A stretch of 52,376 nt of DNA, taken from an uncultured Spirochaetaceae bacterium. Lineage in GTDB: Bacteria; Spirochaetota; Spirochaetia; DSM-27196; PWMO01. Numbering within the stretch: position 1 is the first letter of the stretch; each line of letters opens with the position of its first letter. Shown here piece after piece: positions 51,289 through 52,376 of the stretch. The notes under the pieces are model-generated. The model was not told the DNA's origin. It saw nothing but the letters and a program-made list of their open reading frames with translations, and made no database searches. The stretch covers positions 1 to 52,376 of the forward strand of contig CAYPUT010000001.1 in the NCBI GenBank assembly GCA_964413945.1. Reading direction: 5' to 3'. The position numbers and the translations under genes were made by a program.

Positions 51289-52376
51289 ATGTCCGACGTA
51301 CAGTCGATATTTAGTAATGCGTTCCTCCGGCAGCGGACGGATGTTTTCGTAGCGGTCGGCGTTATCGCCGTCGTTTTAATGCTGATCATTCCTCTGCCGA
51401 CGGTAATCCTCGATAGCTTGATGGCCCTCAATCTGGTCGTCAGCCTCTTGGCTATTCTGATCGTCCTCTACATTCGGTCGGCCCTCGAGTTCTCGGTCTT
51501 TCCGACCCTTCTCTTGGTCTTTACCGTCTTCGGTCTGGCGCTCAACGTTTCGTCGACCCGGCTTATCCTTGCCCAAGGCGAGAACTTCGGCGGGCAGATC
51601 GTCCGGGCCTTCTCCGAGTTCGTCGTCGGTTCGACCGGAACCGAAGGCCTGGTCATCGGGATTATCATCTTTATCATCATCGTCGCGGTTCAGTTCGTCG
51701 TCATTACCAAGGGTGCGACCCGGGTCGCCGAGGTCGCCGCCCGCTTTACCCTCGACAGCCTTCCGGGGAAGCAGATGTCGATCGAAGCGGAGTTCAACTC
51801 CGGGTCGATTACCGAAGAGGAGGCCCAGAAGCGAAAGATGGACCTCGAGCGGGAGGTCGACTTCTACGGCGCCATGGACGGTGCCTCGAAGTTCGTGTCC
51901 GGGAACGTCCGGGTCGGTATTCTCATTACGGTCGTCAACATCGTCGGGGGAATCGTCGTGGGGATGACCATTCGGGGCGAGACCTTTGGAACCGCCTTGA
52001 ACACCTACATCTCGTTGGCGATCGGCGACGGCCTGGTAACCCAGTTTCCGGCGCTCATCATCTCCACGGCTACGGGGCTTATCGTTACCCGGGCGGTATC
52101 CGACGGCAGTTTCGGCGAGGATATTACCAAGCAGTTCTCCAGCCAGGCGCGTATCTACTGGATTGCCGCCTTCTTTCTCTTCGCCCTCTCTCTTCTTCCG
52201 GGGTTCCCCTGGTACGTGTTGATTCCGATGGGTATTCTTTCGGCTCTCCTGGCCTACCGGCTCGGGCAGAAGCAGGCGGCGGAGGCGGAGGGTGCCAAGA
52301 CCGAGGCGGCCCCCCAGGAGCATGCGGCGGAGATCCCCGCGGTCGCACCCTTGGATCCCCTTTCCCTGGAGCTCGG
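51289..52376 (+). CDS. flhA: Flagellar export gate protein FlhA (5' part only; runs off the window end)
   Basis: This is not in the ORF track because no stop is reached. My translation from ATG 51289 reads MSDVQSIFSNAFLRQRTDVFVAVGVIAVVLMLIIPLPTVILDSLMALNLVVSLL... It contains FhIA-type TM segments, and later ...ARFTLDSLPGKQMSIEAEFNSG. Confidence 0.9.
   Translation, partial: MSDVQSIFSNAFLRQRTDVFVAVGVIAVVLMLIIPLPTVILDSLMALNLVVSLLAILIVLYIRSALEFSVFPTLLLVFTVFGLALNVSSTRLILAQGENFGGQIVRAFSEFVVGSTGTEGLVIGIIIFIIIVAVQFVVITKGATRVAEVAARFTLDSLPGKQMSIEAEFNSGSITEEEAQKRKMDLEREVDFYGAMDGASKFVSGNVRVGILITVVNIVGGIVVGMTIRGETFGTALNTYISLAIGDGLVTQFPALIISTATGLIVTRAVSDGSFGEDITKQFSSQARIYWIAAFFLFALSLLPGFPWYVLIPMGILSALLAYRLGQKQAAEAEGAKTEAAPQEHAAEIPAVAPLDPLSLEL

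Noticed and set aside
1-52376. A search by eye for tRNA, rRNA, CRISPR arrays, IS elements, toxin-antitoxin pairs and known defence-system genes.
   Set aside because: None was found. Non-coding DNA is limited to a few gaps of 30-223 nt, all examined above. This was a visual scan only, so tRNAscan, Infernal and defence-finder runs would be needed to be definitive.

Overview
This is a GC-rich (roughly 60% by eye) bacterial chromosomal segment. Every gene I can support lies on the + strand. Most neighbours are separated by 0-15 nt or overlap at stop/start codons (ATGA, TGATG, GTGA). Gene content and order point to a spirochete, possibly a free-living Spirochaeta/Treponema-like lineage; that is inference only, with no search run.

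The window divides into four blocks:
1. 1-7.6 kb holds accessory metabolism and transport genes: a cyclase/formamidase-like gene, an HMGL-type synthase-like gene, a xanthine-dehydrogenase-family Mo subunit, a divergent NRAMP-like transporter, a TauE/SafE permease and a sulfotransferase.
2. 7.6-17.7 kb is a mixed set: cheW, a DegT-like gene, nadK, recN, two unknowns, a degenerate LytM protein, a methyltransferase, and DUF4912 plus a GH57 branching enzyme.
3. 17.8-32.1 kb carries a trimmed dcw cluster (mraZ-rsmH-ftsL-murF-mraY-ftsW-ftsQ-ftsA-ftsZ), followed by xerD-like, a TPR lipoprotein, dprA, xerC-like and hslVU.
4. 32.2-52.4 kb carries the spirochete flgB motility super-operon, flgB through flhA; flhA runs off the 3' end of the window.

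I saw no rRNA, tRNA, CRISPR array, transposase, phage genes or recognisable defence genes. I do not see a convincing novel multi-gene system. The long minus-strand ORFs look like GC-driven antisense artefacts.

Observations most worth a second look:
- FlgE contains no cysteine at all. Ser (AGT) sits where spirochete FlgE carries the lysinoalanine cross-link Cys.
- A near-consensus promoter followed by 10-bp-phased GTGG direct repeats (candidate MraZ operator) lies upstream of mraZ.
- Three operon-head genes (tauE-like, cheW, nadK) have a -10 box placed for leaderless translation and no Shine-Dalgarno.
- The NRAMP-family protein has its canonical metal-binding motifs replaced.
- The DegT-like protein lacks the PLP lysine.
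- The LytM-domain protein lacks its zinc ligands.
- Two flagellar genes (fliK, fliO) have apparent N-termini and Shine-Dalgarno sites upstream of any canonical start codon.
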